Source: Amoebophrya sp. A120
Lineage: Eukaryota; Protista; Dinoflagellata
NCBI GenBank assembly: GCA_905178155.1
Contig: CAJINV010000001.1
Span: 5,536,757-5,600,756, forward strand
Length of the DNA: 64,000 nucleotides
Direction: 5' to 3'
Both the position numbers and the translations under genes were made by a program. Shown one piece after another: positions 36,764-50,600 of the stretch. Below the pieces are notes generated by a model. It saw nothing but the letters and a program-made list of their open reading frames with translations, was not told the DNA's origin and did no database searches. Numbering within the stretch: the first letter of the stretch is position 1; the number at the start of each line of letters is the position of its first letter.

Positions 36764-39728
36764 TCACATCGGTAGTCCCACCGTTCGCATTTTTCTTGCA
36801 CCACCGGAGCGCTGCCGATTTGTCCGCGCCTGCTGCGCTTCGGTCGTACGCACCCGTGCCGAGAAGGCAGCTTCCTTCATGACGAAATCGGTTCCGCAGT
36901 ACTGCCAGGGCTCCAAAACCCCGTACTGCGGGGTTTCCACCCGTAACGGACTATTGGACAAGACGTGGCCCTGGCGGAAGTCACTCAGCAGGCAGCTCCG
37001 CCCACTGTAGGGGCAAACCTTCACATTTTCGCCGATGTTGTAGGGACTGCGCTTCACGCGCGGCTCGTTGACGGGCGCCAACCGGGGGCGCAGAACTGCA
37101 TAGTCCTCGAATTCCCGTTGCTGGAGTAATCTCTGTTTGGTCCGCGGGTCCGGGACGAACTGCGGTGAAAACAGTTCCTGCTCCAGCATGCCCGCTTGCG
37201 CTTTCGCCCCAGGAACGTTCGCCAGCACGTTCGGGTGAACGTCGCAGAGCTTGATGCGCGGTCGCAGTGGGGACGGTCCGTCGATCTGGTCTTTCGCGTA
37301 CAGGAGAGACAGAGTCGTGTTGGGACTCAATGTGCCGACGTCAACAACCACTGCACGGTGCTGTGAATGTAGATCATGAGGATAACCTTTTTCTGTTTAC
37401 GTTCGATATCGGATCATGAAAAAAAATATCGTGTTCAAATAGCAAAGCAGAATAAATAAAAGTTTATGTTGATAAGAAAACACCCCTATACTGAACAGAA
37501 CAAAATACCCATCGCACCGCCGGCACTGCGTCACTCGCAAGACTTCCCACTCGTGGTCCTTTGGCGAGTACCACGTCCACCGTGTCGCCCGGCAAATACT
37601 GCCAATCTTCCAGCATGCGCGTCCCCTCCGATCGGTCCGATTGGACGAAGCTGAAGACAGGCAAGCCTGGCCGAACGGAATGGAAGCGGAACCGGTAGGC
37701 GGACTGTAGGTCAATGGACCCCAACGCCTGCAACCTGTACCACCCGCGTTTGTACAAACTCTCGAACACCCGACCGATGGACGAAGAAATGCGTTTTCCG
37801 GTTTTTTTGTTCTTCCCACCATAGCAAACACTGTCGAAGAGAATCAGGTTCTTGATCTGCATCTCGACATTCGCGGGTCGGGCGACGTCCAGCTGAGCGA
37901 GCTCCGCAGCGGTGCGGTTGTCATTTCCACTAGCAGGCGTAATAGTTGTACTACTAGCAGCTGCACCGGCTGCGGCGCCCTGATGTTGATCCCCACCGCC
38001 CGCGAGGTTCGTGTTACTCGGCCCGGCACCAAAGAGTGCCTGCTGCTGCTGCTGTCCCGGGGCGCGCACGGCTAGGTTTTCCAGCAAGGGCGCCAAGCCG
38101 TAGATCGCGATGTCCTGAATGTTTTTTCCCTGCGTGGCCGTCATGAAGCCCGCGCCGCGCTGGTATCCGTGGAATCCGAAGGAAACGTGGCGGAACTTCC
38201 AGCTTTTCCCCATATTTGGCGGACCGATCCACGTTTTCTCCCAGCCCTGCCAGGCGTCGATGTTTTGCAAATCACGGACCACCGCGGTGCCGTCGTCCCC
38301 CGGACCCTGCAGCTCGTCGTTGAGCATTTTGTACACGAAGTGCAGCCGGCGGCCGAACATCTTGTAGTAGGCCGAGGCCCACAGCTGGCGGGCCACGCAC
38401 TCCCGCCACTTCATCTGGAACGCGATTTTCTGCGTCTTCCCCTCGTACTGCCGGTAGATCAGCACCGGGTCCACACTCTGCCGGAAGGACTCCTGGTTTG
38501 CGGTAGTACTACCGTCTTTGTAGAAATCCCGCGCCCAGCGCTTGTAGCTCATCTCAGCCGACGTGGAGGCTACAAAGTGCGCCCGCGGGGTTCCGTTGCC
38601 GGGAGGGGAAGAGTCTTCTTCCTCGATATTAGCGGAGGAGGATTTCTGGTAGCCCTCCTCGCCGTTCATCCACGAACTGTAGTCATTGAACTCGCACACC
38701 TCGTGCGGATTGTTCACGTTCATGCACCGCAAACACCCCCGCAGCGTCCAGTACTCCGGGTCCTGGTCGCTCGCACAGTCCTCGCTCAGCTTCCCGGACT
38801 TTTCGGGAAACTTCGACAGCATCTGCGCAAAATTGACCCGGTCGAATTGCTCGGTGAAAGGCGAGACCTGCATGCAGATGTTCTTATTGATCGTTGCCTT
38901 CTGCGCCACGAAGTTCGGGTAATCCAGGTACACGGGGTGGCGGACTAAATGCATGTCCTTCCACCCGATGGAACTAATGGTGTCGTACCAGACCCCCTTC
39001 GCCCCGCTGGCTTCGTACATGGACCAGCGGGCGGTTCTGGGCAGCAGGAACCGCTGCCCGTGCCGGCAGGTTTTCCTTTTCGTTTTGGATTGTAAGTACA
39101 CAGCCAGCCGCTGGTAGCACGGGCCCATCACAGTGCCAAAGTCGCAATTGCCGACCGTCGGACGCCACACCAGGCACATGTCGCCCGACCGGAGCGTGTA
39201 GCTGCCCCCCAGCTTTTCCAACTCGCGCTCGTGCATGGGGATCAGCGCATCAACCGACTTCCGCAAATCTTCCGACTCCACGTTGGGAGCCTGGAAAATC
39301 CGCTGCAGCTCCTGCGGAATGCGGTCGAAGTAGCCAACATCGTCGCTCTGCAGGTACTCGCCACCGCGAAGTCGCGCCTCGGTGGGGAAAAGGTCCTCTG
39401 CGATCACCGCCTCCGGAAGCGCGTCGTTTGTGGACACCTGCGGTAAGAGGAACACACTAGGTTGTAGTTCTTCGCCGCTTTCGGGGGAAGACGCGAGTGG
39501 AGTCGCGGTAGTGTCGCTTGCTCCGTCGCCCACGACCGGGCTCGCGGCTGCGCTACTTTCCGTGCGTGGGGAAGGGGAGAAGTGATCCCTTGGGCTGGCC
39601 CACGCTGTCGTTTTTCTTCGCTTCGATTCAGTGCCAGGCAAGGTCGCTTTTCTCGTGGCGGAAGAAAGCTGAGGCAAGATTAGGGAAGCAAGAAATGCGG
39701 GAAAGACGAGGCACGGGAATGTCGGCAT
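36764..39728 (-). CDS. Large hypothetical, probably secreted protein (at least 2 exons)
   Basis: 786- and 195-codon ORFs separated by an AT-rich intron-like gap (~37360-37505); hydrophobic N-terminus; no domain recognised. Confidence 0.75.
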
Positions 39729-41621
39729 CTTCTTAATTAGCGCTCTATTGATTCTACAACAGACACCCGGCACGTTATGGCCCTGCAAGACCTGTTTTTG
39801 AAAGCGAGTATTTTTTTTGGACAAGAATAAATCCGTGATCGATCAAGAAGCTAAATATCCTGTCGCCCGTACGGACTTGTGTGGGAAAGTAGAACCCTTG
39901 TATCGATCCAGCTTATTTTAGAAACCAGAGTGTCGGTAGGCTATACTTCGAAATGCAGACGCACTCCGCCTCAAGACTCAAACGGTGCAGTAAATGCATT
40001 GATTTGAAGAAAGATGGGAGTATCGAACTATCCGGCTAGATCGATCAAGCCTCGTAAAGGCAGAGGGCCATGGTCTTTAGACCAACAAATGGAAGATCAG
40101 AAAAACGCTAGATACGCGCGCGCACAGACTTGTTCGAACTGAACCTTTACTCTCAACTCTACAGACTGACTCACTCAATTTGCGGTGAACACGCTAACAT
40201 CAGAGCTCAGACATGGGATCAAAATACTCTTATCAGCACACCATCGCGGCTCTGTGCAGAAAATTCCGGAATAACACATGCTCTGACGACGCTCTCGTGA
40301 TGCCTCAAATTACTATACCAACAAAAAAAGCTAGAACCTGGCCACACGCACAAGTTGAAAAAAGGCAGCACGCCGTTGTAAGAGCACACGCTCGACTCGA
40401 GCAACCGTCGTAAGAGCTGGACCGAGTAAGCAGTCCAAAAATTCTTCTCAATCTCTTCTATCCTCTAGCCAAAGAACTCAACGGCAAAACAAACAAATCA
40501 GTTCGGTTTTCCTTTTGCGACTCCGATGTGAAAATCACGGTAACAAAATGGGTTCTTCATGATGCCAGCGACAGGCACGCCGCAAAACTGCATCAATGTC
40601 TTCATCGAGATATGTTTTCCTCTCAGTGGTCTCCTGGAGCCTTCCATGAGCAAGTCGCTCTCACGAGTTTACGCTACGATTTCTGTAAAAGAGTATCTTG
40701 TTGTTTTGTTGTTTCGGGTGGATGACGTGTAATAAGTGTCATCTTTCATCATCTGTAATACCGTCGTATGAAAAAGAGCATTCTCCTTTATAGTATTAAT
40801 AGGAGTATTTCTTCTTTATAGTCTTCAGCTTCTTCTTGTGCGATAGACGCAATGATTATCCCATGGTGAGGTGTAGGTGACAAAGTTAAATTCCGTGTAC
40901 TGAGGAATTACAATCTTGTTCTTGCAGTAGAAAAAAGATGATTGTTCTAGCACAGGTAAAAATCATGTTAAAGCGTTCGTATTTCGCTTTCGCAGTCCTG
41001 AAATTTTGTGAGAGTATCTTCTGAGTATAAAACATCAGAAGGCCATTTCGGACAGGCAAGACTGACGAAGCAAAGTAGAAATGGCAGTTACCCACCCGGA
41101 TCACTTCGCTTCTACAGAATTCTAACCGAGTCTGGAGGCTTCGCTCCTGGCACATTTTATGCTTTTGCTGTTTCTTTATTCTTTGTTTGCTTCCTCTCGT
41201 ACCTATTCCGCAGAAACGGTTGTATGATAGAAAAACATGGTTGATTGATACTATATTACTGGTTTCTCAAAAGAAGTCATGGGTAGATTCTTTTCTAGAT
41301 ATCGGAGTAGAAAAGCGATCGTTTGAAAATATTGTTGTCATGGTAGATTGCCATAAACTACCTGTTTTATGAATCGAGGGTCACTTGAACTAAAATAGTT
41401 GAAAAACTTTGATGTTAAGAGCCACTATTGATAGATGTTTTGACGCATTTTCTACATTCTCGCAGGATGTTCTGAATTTTCTAGGTTTTCGCGGTTCTAC
41501 TTTCTCCTTTTCTCTTTCTTTACTTTTCGTAGTGACTTCGTCGCCCTTTTTTTGTCGACACCAGTCGCCCGCCCTTTTTTTCATCGGCGCCGGCCGACCA
41601 CGCACCTCCGTCGCCTGCTAC

Positions 41622-44600
41622 CTACCCCCCGCCAAACAGCGCCGGCGTGTCCCAGCCTTCCACCGCTTCGCCCGGCAGCGGGGGGTGGTCCTGGTCGACC
41701 TGAAAGCGAAGGAACTCGGCGCCGACGGTGGAAGTGGGTAACTCCGCAGCCAATCCGCGGACCTCCTGCAGAAAATGCCGCAGCTGCGCCGGTCCGTCGG
41801 GCACCGCGGTAAGCTGCTCGCGCATCGACTCGAGAAGGCTCGCGCCGGGGAACAAACTTCCGGCAAAGAGATGCAGCGCCGCCAGTTCTGGCCGCTCTCC
41901 GTCCTTCTCCAGCGCCAAGTCCCGCGGAGTCCTCGGCCGCTGCTCTGCTTTGTTGGTCGGCGCGAACAACCGAAGCGGTCCGAAGGCGCCGGTCCAGCCA
42001 AAGACCTGCTCCGCCTCGAAGTTGCTCACGAGCAGTGCAACCTTTCCCCCGGGGTCCGTGTCGATCTCGAGAACGAACTCCGGCATCTTCGTATGCAAGA
42101 AAAAAACTGTATAAGTGTAACTCTGTCATGCAGAACATCCAACAGAGTTACGCCTGTCATGCCAGACAACCATGAAGTCCTCTTTTCACTTGTGTTTTCC
42201 CTTAATACAAGTTACACATGACAGGTTGTCTCTGTCATGTAGAGCAAATTTGTGTTGCTGTCAGACAAAGAGAGTTCTTACACTAACACAGTTTTTTTCT
42301 TGGATACTTCGCTGCTTTCGCAAACGGATCGCATCCCGGCGCCGCGAGTGTGCACGCAAAGTCAAGGGTCGCGAGCACGGTGATCTCCGAAGTGCTTCGA
42401 CCCAGCGTGCGGGGCAAGTCGACGAAAGCAACCTATATTTTTTCGTAGGAGAATGAAAGTGTCCTTGAAATGTAGAAAGTAGGTTTGTGGAGATTTCGGA
42501 AGCTGGCTGGCAGGTAGGAGCAGCTGAACAAGCAGGCACTTCTTGCGCAGCTAGGCATAAAGCCATAAACACAACTACGTATATCAATCTGGAAGTAACA
42601 GAGGTCGGCAGGCTCTGGTCATGCACGAGCCCGCCACACATCATTTCTGAAAAGTACGCCCATAGAAAGCCACGCACTTACCTGGGAGAAGTCGCCGTAC
42701 TTTTTTCCAGCGTTGCCGGGCTGCTTCAGCCACTCAGCCAGGTCGCTTAATCCGCTGGAGACTTGTGGCGCTGTTGGCTGCATTGACGCAGACTCCTCGA
42801 CATCGCGTTCCTCCTCGAGCTCCTGCTCGAGCTCTCGCTCATGCTGGTCGCTGCAGTTCGCGCGGTGTCCGGGTTTTGCCAAATTCGGCGCGACCTTGTT
42901 GACACGGTCAAGCAGCTTCTCGGCGATCGGGTCATGGTTCTGTATCTCGTGGCGGAGCCGTTTCTGCGTTAACAAGGTAAGCTTCTCGGGGTTCCGGGGA
43001 TTTCCGTACAGGTCCGACAGCAGCGCTTTTTCGGTCTCCACCCCCGCGTCCGCGTAGAGCTCAAGGAAGCTGGCTAAATTACTGTCCTGCGCCTGTGCCT
43101 CGGCCTTGGCGTTTCGCAGAAGTCTGCTCTTGCGGATGCACAGTGCGCTTTGACTGACAAGCGGGCCCATCAACCTTCCACACTCTTCTACCGTGTTCTT
43201 GCTATGCATTGCAAATACGCCAGAGTCAGGACTTTTGTGATGCAAACTTCATCTGGATGAGGGAAAGAACACCTGTAAGAGCAGACACGTACGACAAGGT
43301 TTATTGAGAATAACTGCTCCTGCGTTTCGCGCACTAAAAATTACGTCTTCGCATGACAAAAGAAGCTCTGCCTTTGTTGATGACCAATAGACCAGAGATA
43401 TTTTCCAGAATGCCAGAGAAGCACCACGCGTTCCACTTTTCCAGGCCTGAACACATGATTTGCATTTGATAATTCCTTGCCCACTGCAAGACTGCGTCAA
43501 TGTCCTTTACATCCAAGTCCGCCTGCTCGACGGTGCCCGCACTGGAAGCCGAAGCTGGCGCGTTTCGCAACTGCTCCAGTTGGCGTCGACAGTTGTCGCG
43601 TTTTTTGGTCAGGGAGCCATCCGCATCGCCATCGTCCTCGATCATTTCGTCGAGGCTTTTCATCGTTCGTGTAAGCTTAGCCATGTCGCCCTCCTTCTTC
43701 ACCTTGTCTGCGTTCTTGACTGCATCGAGCTGCTTCGCCACTTCGGCCGCAGCGATGAAGTTCACGATCTGCCCGCGGCCGACCTGGCGGGCGCGAAAGC
43801 AGGTCTGGCGGAGCTTGTCGAACGTCATGCCCTTTCCCAAAGTTACAGCGCACTTGCAATTTGGGGGCAGCGCGTCGAAGTTGGACCCCCGCAGATTCTC
43901 GTCGCTGATGTACAACAGGCACCCCTTCATGCTGGCCACATAAGGCGACTATGCATTGCAAATAGGTATCTCTGGGTCTGGCTGGATGCGAACTGGTGAT
44001 GCTTCAATAATGGATGACGCAAACTTCTGATGCTTAACATTCGGATGCAAACTTGTGATGCAGACTTGGGAAGAACGGGCAAAAGTCTGTGTTGCCCTAT
44101 CAGCAAGAGAAGACAGGCGATCTTTGATCGCCAGGACACTGCATTTCCCATGTAGACAAGAAGGTGCGAAAAAGTGCATTGCAGGTCCTCTACAGACGCA
44201 AGATATGGCACAACGCACTTCTCTGTTTTCTCCCAGACAGAGACCAGTGACAACATATTTCCAATTGGTAGCGACTCACTGAAAGCCATTTCTATGCCGC
44301 TACGGAACAGCACCCGGCGCTGGTGCTTCTCGTCGAAAAAGACCGCGGCCTTCGCTCCAGTTGTTTCTCTCAGTTTCAGCCAGGCAGCGCAAAAGTCTCG
44401 GCTTGACTGGTCCAAGATGAGTGCGCCGCCATCTAGCAAAACGTCGAAGGCCTGGAATTCCCCGCCCAAAAGTTGCAGCACCTGGGCCGTTACATCCTTC
44501 CCAGTGGCGAGCTCCTCGCAGCGGCTGTTTGCTTTTTGTCGCAGCCGCAAAAGCTGGAGGCCTTTGGTTGCCAAGCCCGGCAGGTTGCGCTGCTCAATGG

Positions 44601-47600
44601 TTGGCGGCGCCACTACCTTGAGATCATCGGTTCCCGCAAAACCCAAAGTGACGCCCTTGCTCCCCGGCGCATGCGGGTCCTTTACCAGGTCGCCCGCCGT
44701 TGCGCGAATGCTTCTTGGAAATTGGCGCGCCTCTTTGGGAAAAACCCGCTTGCTCAGAAAGAAGTCCACGACGGCCATGCTTTTCGAGAAGACCTTCACG
44801 ACCTTGCGGAGGCAGAGCTGGTCGTCGAGGTTGATCTGGTGCAGGTGCTGGAGGTCGTGCGCGTAGCTGTAAAAATGGTCACCCAGGACCTCCATCCACT
44901 TGTCGTAGTACCGCGCGCCCTCGTGGTCAGGTAGGCACTGGAGATCATCGAAAACCTCGCGCAGCTGGTCCTCTTCGAGTCCGCGGTGGTAGTAGTGCGC
45001 GACAGTCAACATAATCCCGGTGTCCGGATGGGCGTACTCCGTCCGCTCCGCCGGCTTTCCCTTGGCTGCAAAAGGAACCGCCATACGATGCGAGGGCCGG
45101 CCAAGGTGCGCCCCGTACTCGACCCAGTGACGCTTGACCAATACCGTCCGCAGCACTTCGTGACTAAGGAGTCCGCAGTAGATCCGCGCCAGGTCGCGCG
45201 TCTCGTCATCTGGTAGCCTGGCGAGGTGTTCCGTGGGATCTTTCTCCAGCACGGCTGCCTTGAAATCTTCGCAAATGTATTGACTGTTGACGTCATCGAG
45301 GTACCGGAACCTTGGCGCAATCTCATCCTTACAAACCCGCGAGGCGACATCCTTCTTCAGCTGCTCGTAGCATTCGTCCTGTTTGGCATGATCGAGCAGT
45401 CGCCAGGGCAAGAAAAAAGCGCTGGTTTGGCTCTTCCTCCGAATGATCTCCTCGTTCGCGGCGGTGTCCACGTGCACGACGTCGGGGCCGAACCTCTCAT
45501 CTTGCAGGTATGAGATGCCGAGTTCCGATATCCCACAGAAAAAGACCGACAGGTCATATTTGTAATGCAAAAATAAATACACAGGAAAATCTGTCATGGG
45601 CGAGGCCATAACATCCTGTTTAGGGCACGCAATACAGATTTTTTTGTCTATTTATTTTTGCATTACAAATATGACCTGTCGGTCTTTTTCTGGGGGATAT
45701 CCGAAGCAAAGCGCAACACGTCCATGGCGGCCCGGTACCTATCACAGTGAAAAATGCCCCCCACCCCTGAAATTGCAACAATTTGTGATGCGAAGTTTCC
45801 AAATGAAAGCTTTTTGTCATGCATGAAAGGAGTAAGAATCTTTCTGATGCAGATTCTAGTCGTGTTTCGCATCGCTTGCATGACAAGCACCGCTCTTGCT
45901 GGGATCTTTTGCAATACAAACTTTTGCTATTCACGATCGGAAATCTGTGATGCTGATACACGCAAGAGGGCGAATGTTTCATTTGGAAAGATTTGCAATA
46001 CAAATGCTTTCAAGTTCGGGGGTGGGGGCATTTTTCATTGTAATAGTACCGCTCCTCACCTTTGGCAAGTGTGCGCGGCTTCCCAATCGTGTACATGAGC
46101 TGAGTGCGGGGTGCAAGAATTTCGTCGCTTTCGTCTAGGTAGTCTCGTGTTTCATCTTCCAGCAAGCAAAAAATCTCGGTCAGTGCCGCCAACGTTGCCT
46201 CGTCACCGCGATGCTTTTGTTGCCCGACGGGTGCACCAGGACTAGCATCAGCATCTTCGATCCCGGCGACCAGTTCGATCACCTTGTTCTTCAGGGACAT
46301 GCAGTCGGACTATCCACGACAAAAATGCCTCTCCGGTATAGCGACCTCGCTCTAACGTAAAGTCCAGGGAGCAGTAGGTGAAGAAAACTAATCATACCAA
46401 AAACTCCTGCTGCTCCCTTTGGGTAAACAAATAGCACTGCGCCACTGCAAAGCCACTGTAGGTGCAACCGCGTGACGCGAAAGCGCCTGTCACTGATGCA
46501 TGTCGGTCTGGTGTGCTTTTGCGCGTGTACGCGAGTGCATGCTTTTGAGCGTATGTGTGCGCTTTTCCGACAAAGTCAGACAGACGGCAACTCAAGATCG
46601 CTATACCCAGTTGTATGCTTTCTGCCTCGGATACTGCTGGGGCCATTACCAAAACGCCTTTCTGCGTGCGCAGCTCTCGAAGGTCGGAAAGGAGCTCAGC
46701 CAGTTCGTCTGCGCTGCGCTCGTGGTCTCTACGGAAGAATAGCGACTTATCGACCTTAAAACAGCCCCCACGCCAGGTATAAAAATTTTTTGCGCTTTTG
46801 TTTCCAAAACCACAGTATACTCTTTTTTTCGTATAATTCCGCCTTGATAAAGTAAACGCAAAAACTCATGCGCCGACGAAGATGATGCAAATCATAACGG
46901 GATTTATTTTGGGCACATTGTGCACCGTGGTGGGCCAGCGTGTTGCTGCGCCATTTATTTATTCCTGGGGAACAAGGGAGCTGATTTGAATCGGATAAGG
47001 CACCAACCTCCTCCGAAGCCATCCGCCGAGTTTATGCTGCCAGTCCTTCGCGTTCGTCGCCAGCTGCGAACCCAGAACAATAGCCCGCGGTAGGCATTCC
47101 GTGCCCTTTCTCGACGAGAGCAGAAGCACAACGGCCATGATGACGCTGGTTTTCCCTAGTCCCATGGAGTACTCAAGCAGTCGGCTCTCCGTGCCTGTCA
47201 CAAACTCCACCGCGATTCTCTCCTGCAAGGCCCGCACACGCAGGTCATTTTGCACCTCAAAAGCGAGCACTTCCGGCCATTGCTCCAGATCTGACCAACC
47301 CGTCTCCTTCAGTTCTTGCAGAAGCGGGTCATCCCATTCTCCCTTCCGCATTTTTCGCAGGATCTGCCGCGAGCGCTGGAAGTTGCGAGCTGCGATCAAA
47401 AACTCTCCAATGCTGGTTCGCTGACGAACAGAGAGGGAGAACTGCTGCTCTTCTGTGCCTGCCGTCGGGAGGCAATCAAGGTCGTCACACCACATCCCGA
47501 TTAAAGACGAGCGCGCCGCGGTGGATACCAGACCACACTTCAGAGCAATCACATCGAAGATACTCTCGTACTCTTGCCGGACTTCCTCCCATACCCGGTC

Positions 47601-50600
47601 CATTTCGTTAGCGTAGTCTAGTAGAGCCTTTTTTGCGACCTCCAGGTACTGTGCGCGAAGTTCTGGCCTACTGCTCAAAGTGTTCTCTTCCTCCTGTCGT
47701 TGAATTTGCAGCGCAGCGTCTTGACTTTCGTCTAGTTCCTGATGAAGAATTTCGGCCAGCCCCCGGTATTCCTCCTTGACAGTGACGGGCGGCAGCTTTG
47801 CAGGTATTTGTGTCCTCGGCGAAGTTCGATCAACTGCAAATACGTCTGGGTCTGGGAAGAAGTTATTATAGTGTTTTTAGCCTCTCCATATATGAGAAGC
47901 GGACATCTGTATTACCTGGTCGGGCATGACACATTATTTCATCTTGAGGGATTTTGCACAATGAGAAACTACCATAAGAAGTCGTATTTTTGCATGACAA
48001 AGTTCGTGGCGGTTATTTTCGGCTTCATGCCTGACAGATAATTTAGTATTGGTTTATTCCAAACGCGCAATACAGGTTTGCAGTCTCCCAGACCGAGACA
48101 TGTTGGCACTTCATAACTACTGCCACTCGCCCCGGTTTTCGAAGTCGCAGAGCATTTCTGGTTGAATGCAGTTCCGCTAGAGGTGGCGCTTTTGCTCATT
48201 CGTCGTCTTTTTCTAGAAGGCGATGATCCAGCAGCAGGCGACTCGCTAGAACCGGACAGACCGCGCAACTCCGCGAGTGTAGGCTTTGCGTGTGTGATCC
48301 CATTGCTGAGCCCGTGCATCGCGCGCTGATTGTGTGACCCCATTGAAACAGAAAGTTCTGAGCCCATACCACTCACTGATTCGTTGTGAAACAAAAAGTG
48401 TTGTCCGGCTTGCGAAGTCCCAACATCTTCTTTGGAGTCGCCAAAAAATGCGTCGACTTGTTCGTGCTCAATCCGCTCCTTCGCGCGCGCAAACGCCTCT
48501 TCGCGCGCTTTCGCATTTTCGGGCGACGCTGGCTTCCTGGGCGCCGAGCTTGCGGCCTTCTGCAGATCGCGGAACCACTTCGACAGCTCCTTGTTTTGCC
48601 GCCAGCGGGTGACGAGCGTGTTCACGCTTGCAGCAAGTTGCGACCCTGTCTCTATCGGCGCGTGCAACAGAAGGGCGCCCGTGACTCGGGGGGGAAGATT
48701 CTTTTCCGTCAGGATGGAGGGCGGCTTTTTGCTGAAACTGTCCTTCACTTGCTTCGCCAATCCGTCCCGCAGTAGCTGCTCCGCGAACTTTTCGGGTGTG
48801 AGGGAGGTTGTAGTCGAGGAAGCTGCAGGAGCCTTTTTGTTTCCCTTGGCACGTTTTCCGGACACAGGCACAGTTTTGCTGTCGACTTTTTTCTCCGGCT
48901 CGTCCACCCCAAAGTTGATGTTCTCGAGTACAGTAATGATTTCTTTTATCACAATGAAAAATGCCCCCGCTCTAGGACTAGTTCAGCAGAGCAGTGGTGC
49001 ATTCGGGTTCGCCTACGGAGAATGCGACGCATTTGTCCCTCGGAAATCAAAATGTCAGGCAGCTCAAGCAGGACAGACATACCGATCGTCTAACTAGCGT
49101 GTACCGCCGGGCAACATAACTTTGCTTCACTACTCTGACCTAAAAATTTGACACGCTAATCCACGCATGGCGGCAAGTGATTCTATAGGGACTTTTGCAA
49201 TGCATAAACTAACTTCCACGCGCCGGGACGTGGGCGTTTTTCAGTGTGATATGTTTCCGGAGTTCTTCTTCAGAATACTCGTGAGCAGCCGGAACGTCAA
49301 ACTTGCGATGTGCAGGCGCCGCAGGAAGTTTCGTCGGGCGGTTCTCCCCACCGTCTTTGAAAGATCGCAACCAGAGCAGCACCCTGAACATCTTGCGAAA
49401 GCTCTCTGCGTTCCGAGGGTAGTCCAACTGCAACCGCGCGAAAAGTGTCCGCAGCCGCAGGGTGCTCGTGCCGGTACTGGCAAGCGTCAGATCGTACAGC
49501 TGGATAAAATATGCATTGCAAATATGTCTGGGTTGGAAAACCTGTGATACTGAATGAGCATGATAACAATTGCAGCGGTTGCATTGGCAGCTAAGCAAAG
49601 CATGACAAGTTTTGGGAACGCTCTTCGATGCCTAGCACGCATTGGTATTCCAAATTGGTTTTTTGCATGACAGAGGAAGCTGCTCTTTTGCTACTCAAGC
49701 AACACTTGCTTTTCAGGAATGCGATACACGCATTCATACGCTCCACTTTTTAACACCCGAGCATATTTATTTTTCGCATTCGATATAAAAAAATCAGCAG
49801 CACCAGAATGCCCGCCTTCCTCGTCGACACATAGCTCGCGACGCCGCGTTTGCAGCTTTTCGACCAACTCCGGAATGGGCGCCAGGAGCAGGCTGGCGGT
49901 GCTGGCATCTTGCTCGTCGCTGGTGTCCAGTAGTAGCTGGCCGCCGAGCGTCGTCCGGGCCTTAGCGTCGGCAATTATGCTTTCCAAGTCGTCCTCGGCC
50001 GGCCCTTGGTCCTCGTCAATAGCACCGTGTGGCGAGTCCGGTAGCACTGGAGACCAATGGCGGAGAACAGACACATCCTGCCCGTGGTCACTTTCTACTT
50101 TTATTTTCCCGCCAGCAACGAAATACGCGACGGCCCCGCACATTCCGGCCACGTTCTCCAGGGTCACCCGCTGCAGCTATCCTGATTAAAAGTGCTCCCA
50201 CCCGATAGTCAAGATGCCAATTTTGCAACACAAATGCAGACATTTTGCGGATCACGCGGCCTTAAAAGCTCCTATATCTGGCGTAGCGAAGGTTAGCAGC
50301 AAGGATAGCCGCATCACAACACCATCAGCTTATCCTTTCTGATGCTGCCATCCTGATTCTGTAAGAAGGATATTTGTGTTGTGATGCTAAAGAAGAATAT
50401 AATATTTCTTTGTGTTGTTGTAAGACGTCTCTGCATGTAAGAAGAATATTTGCGTTCTTGCGCCTCTGTAAGAAGGATATTTGTGTTGGTGTAAGACGGA
50501 CTCCTGCTTGCAGTATCACAAATTCCGATTATACACGACTGCAAACGCTTTTCTTCTTGATGAGGATACACATTTCCAATCTCTCTGTAGACACACTTCT

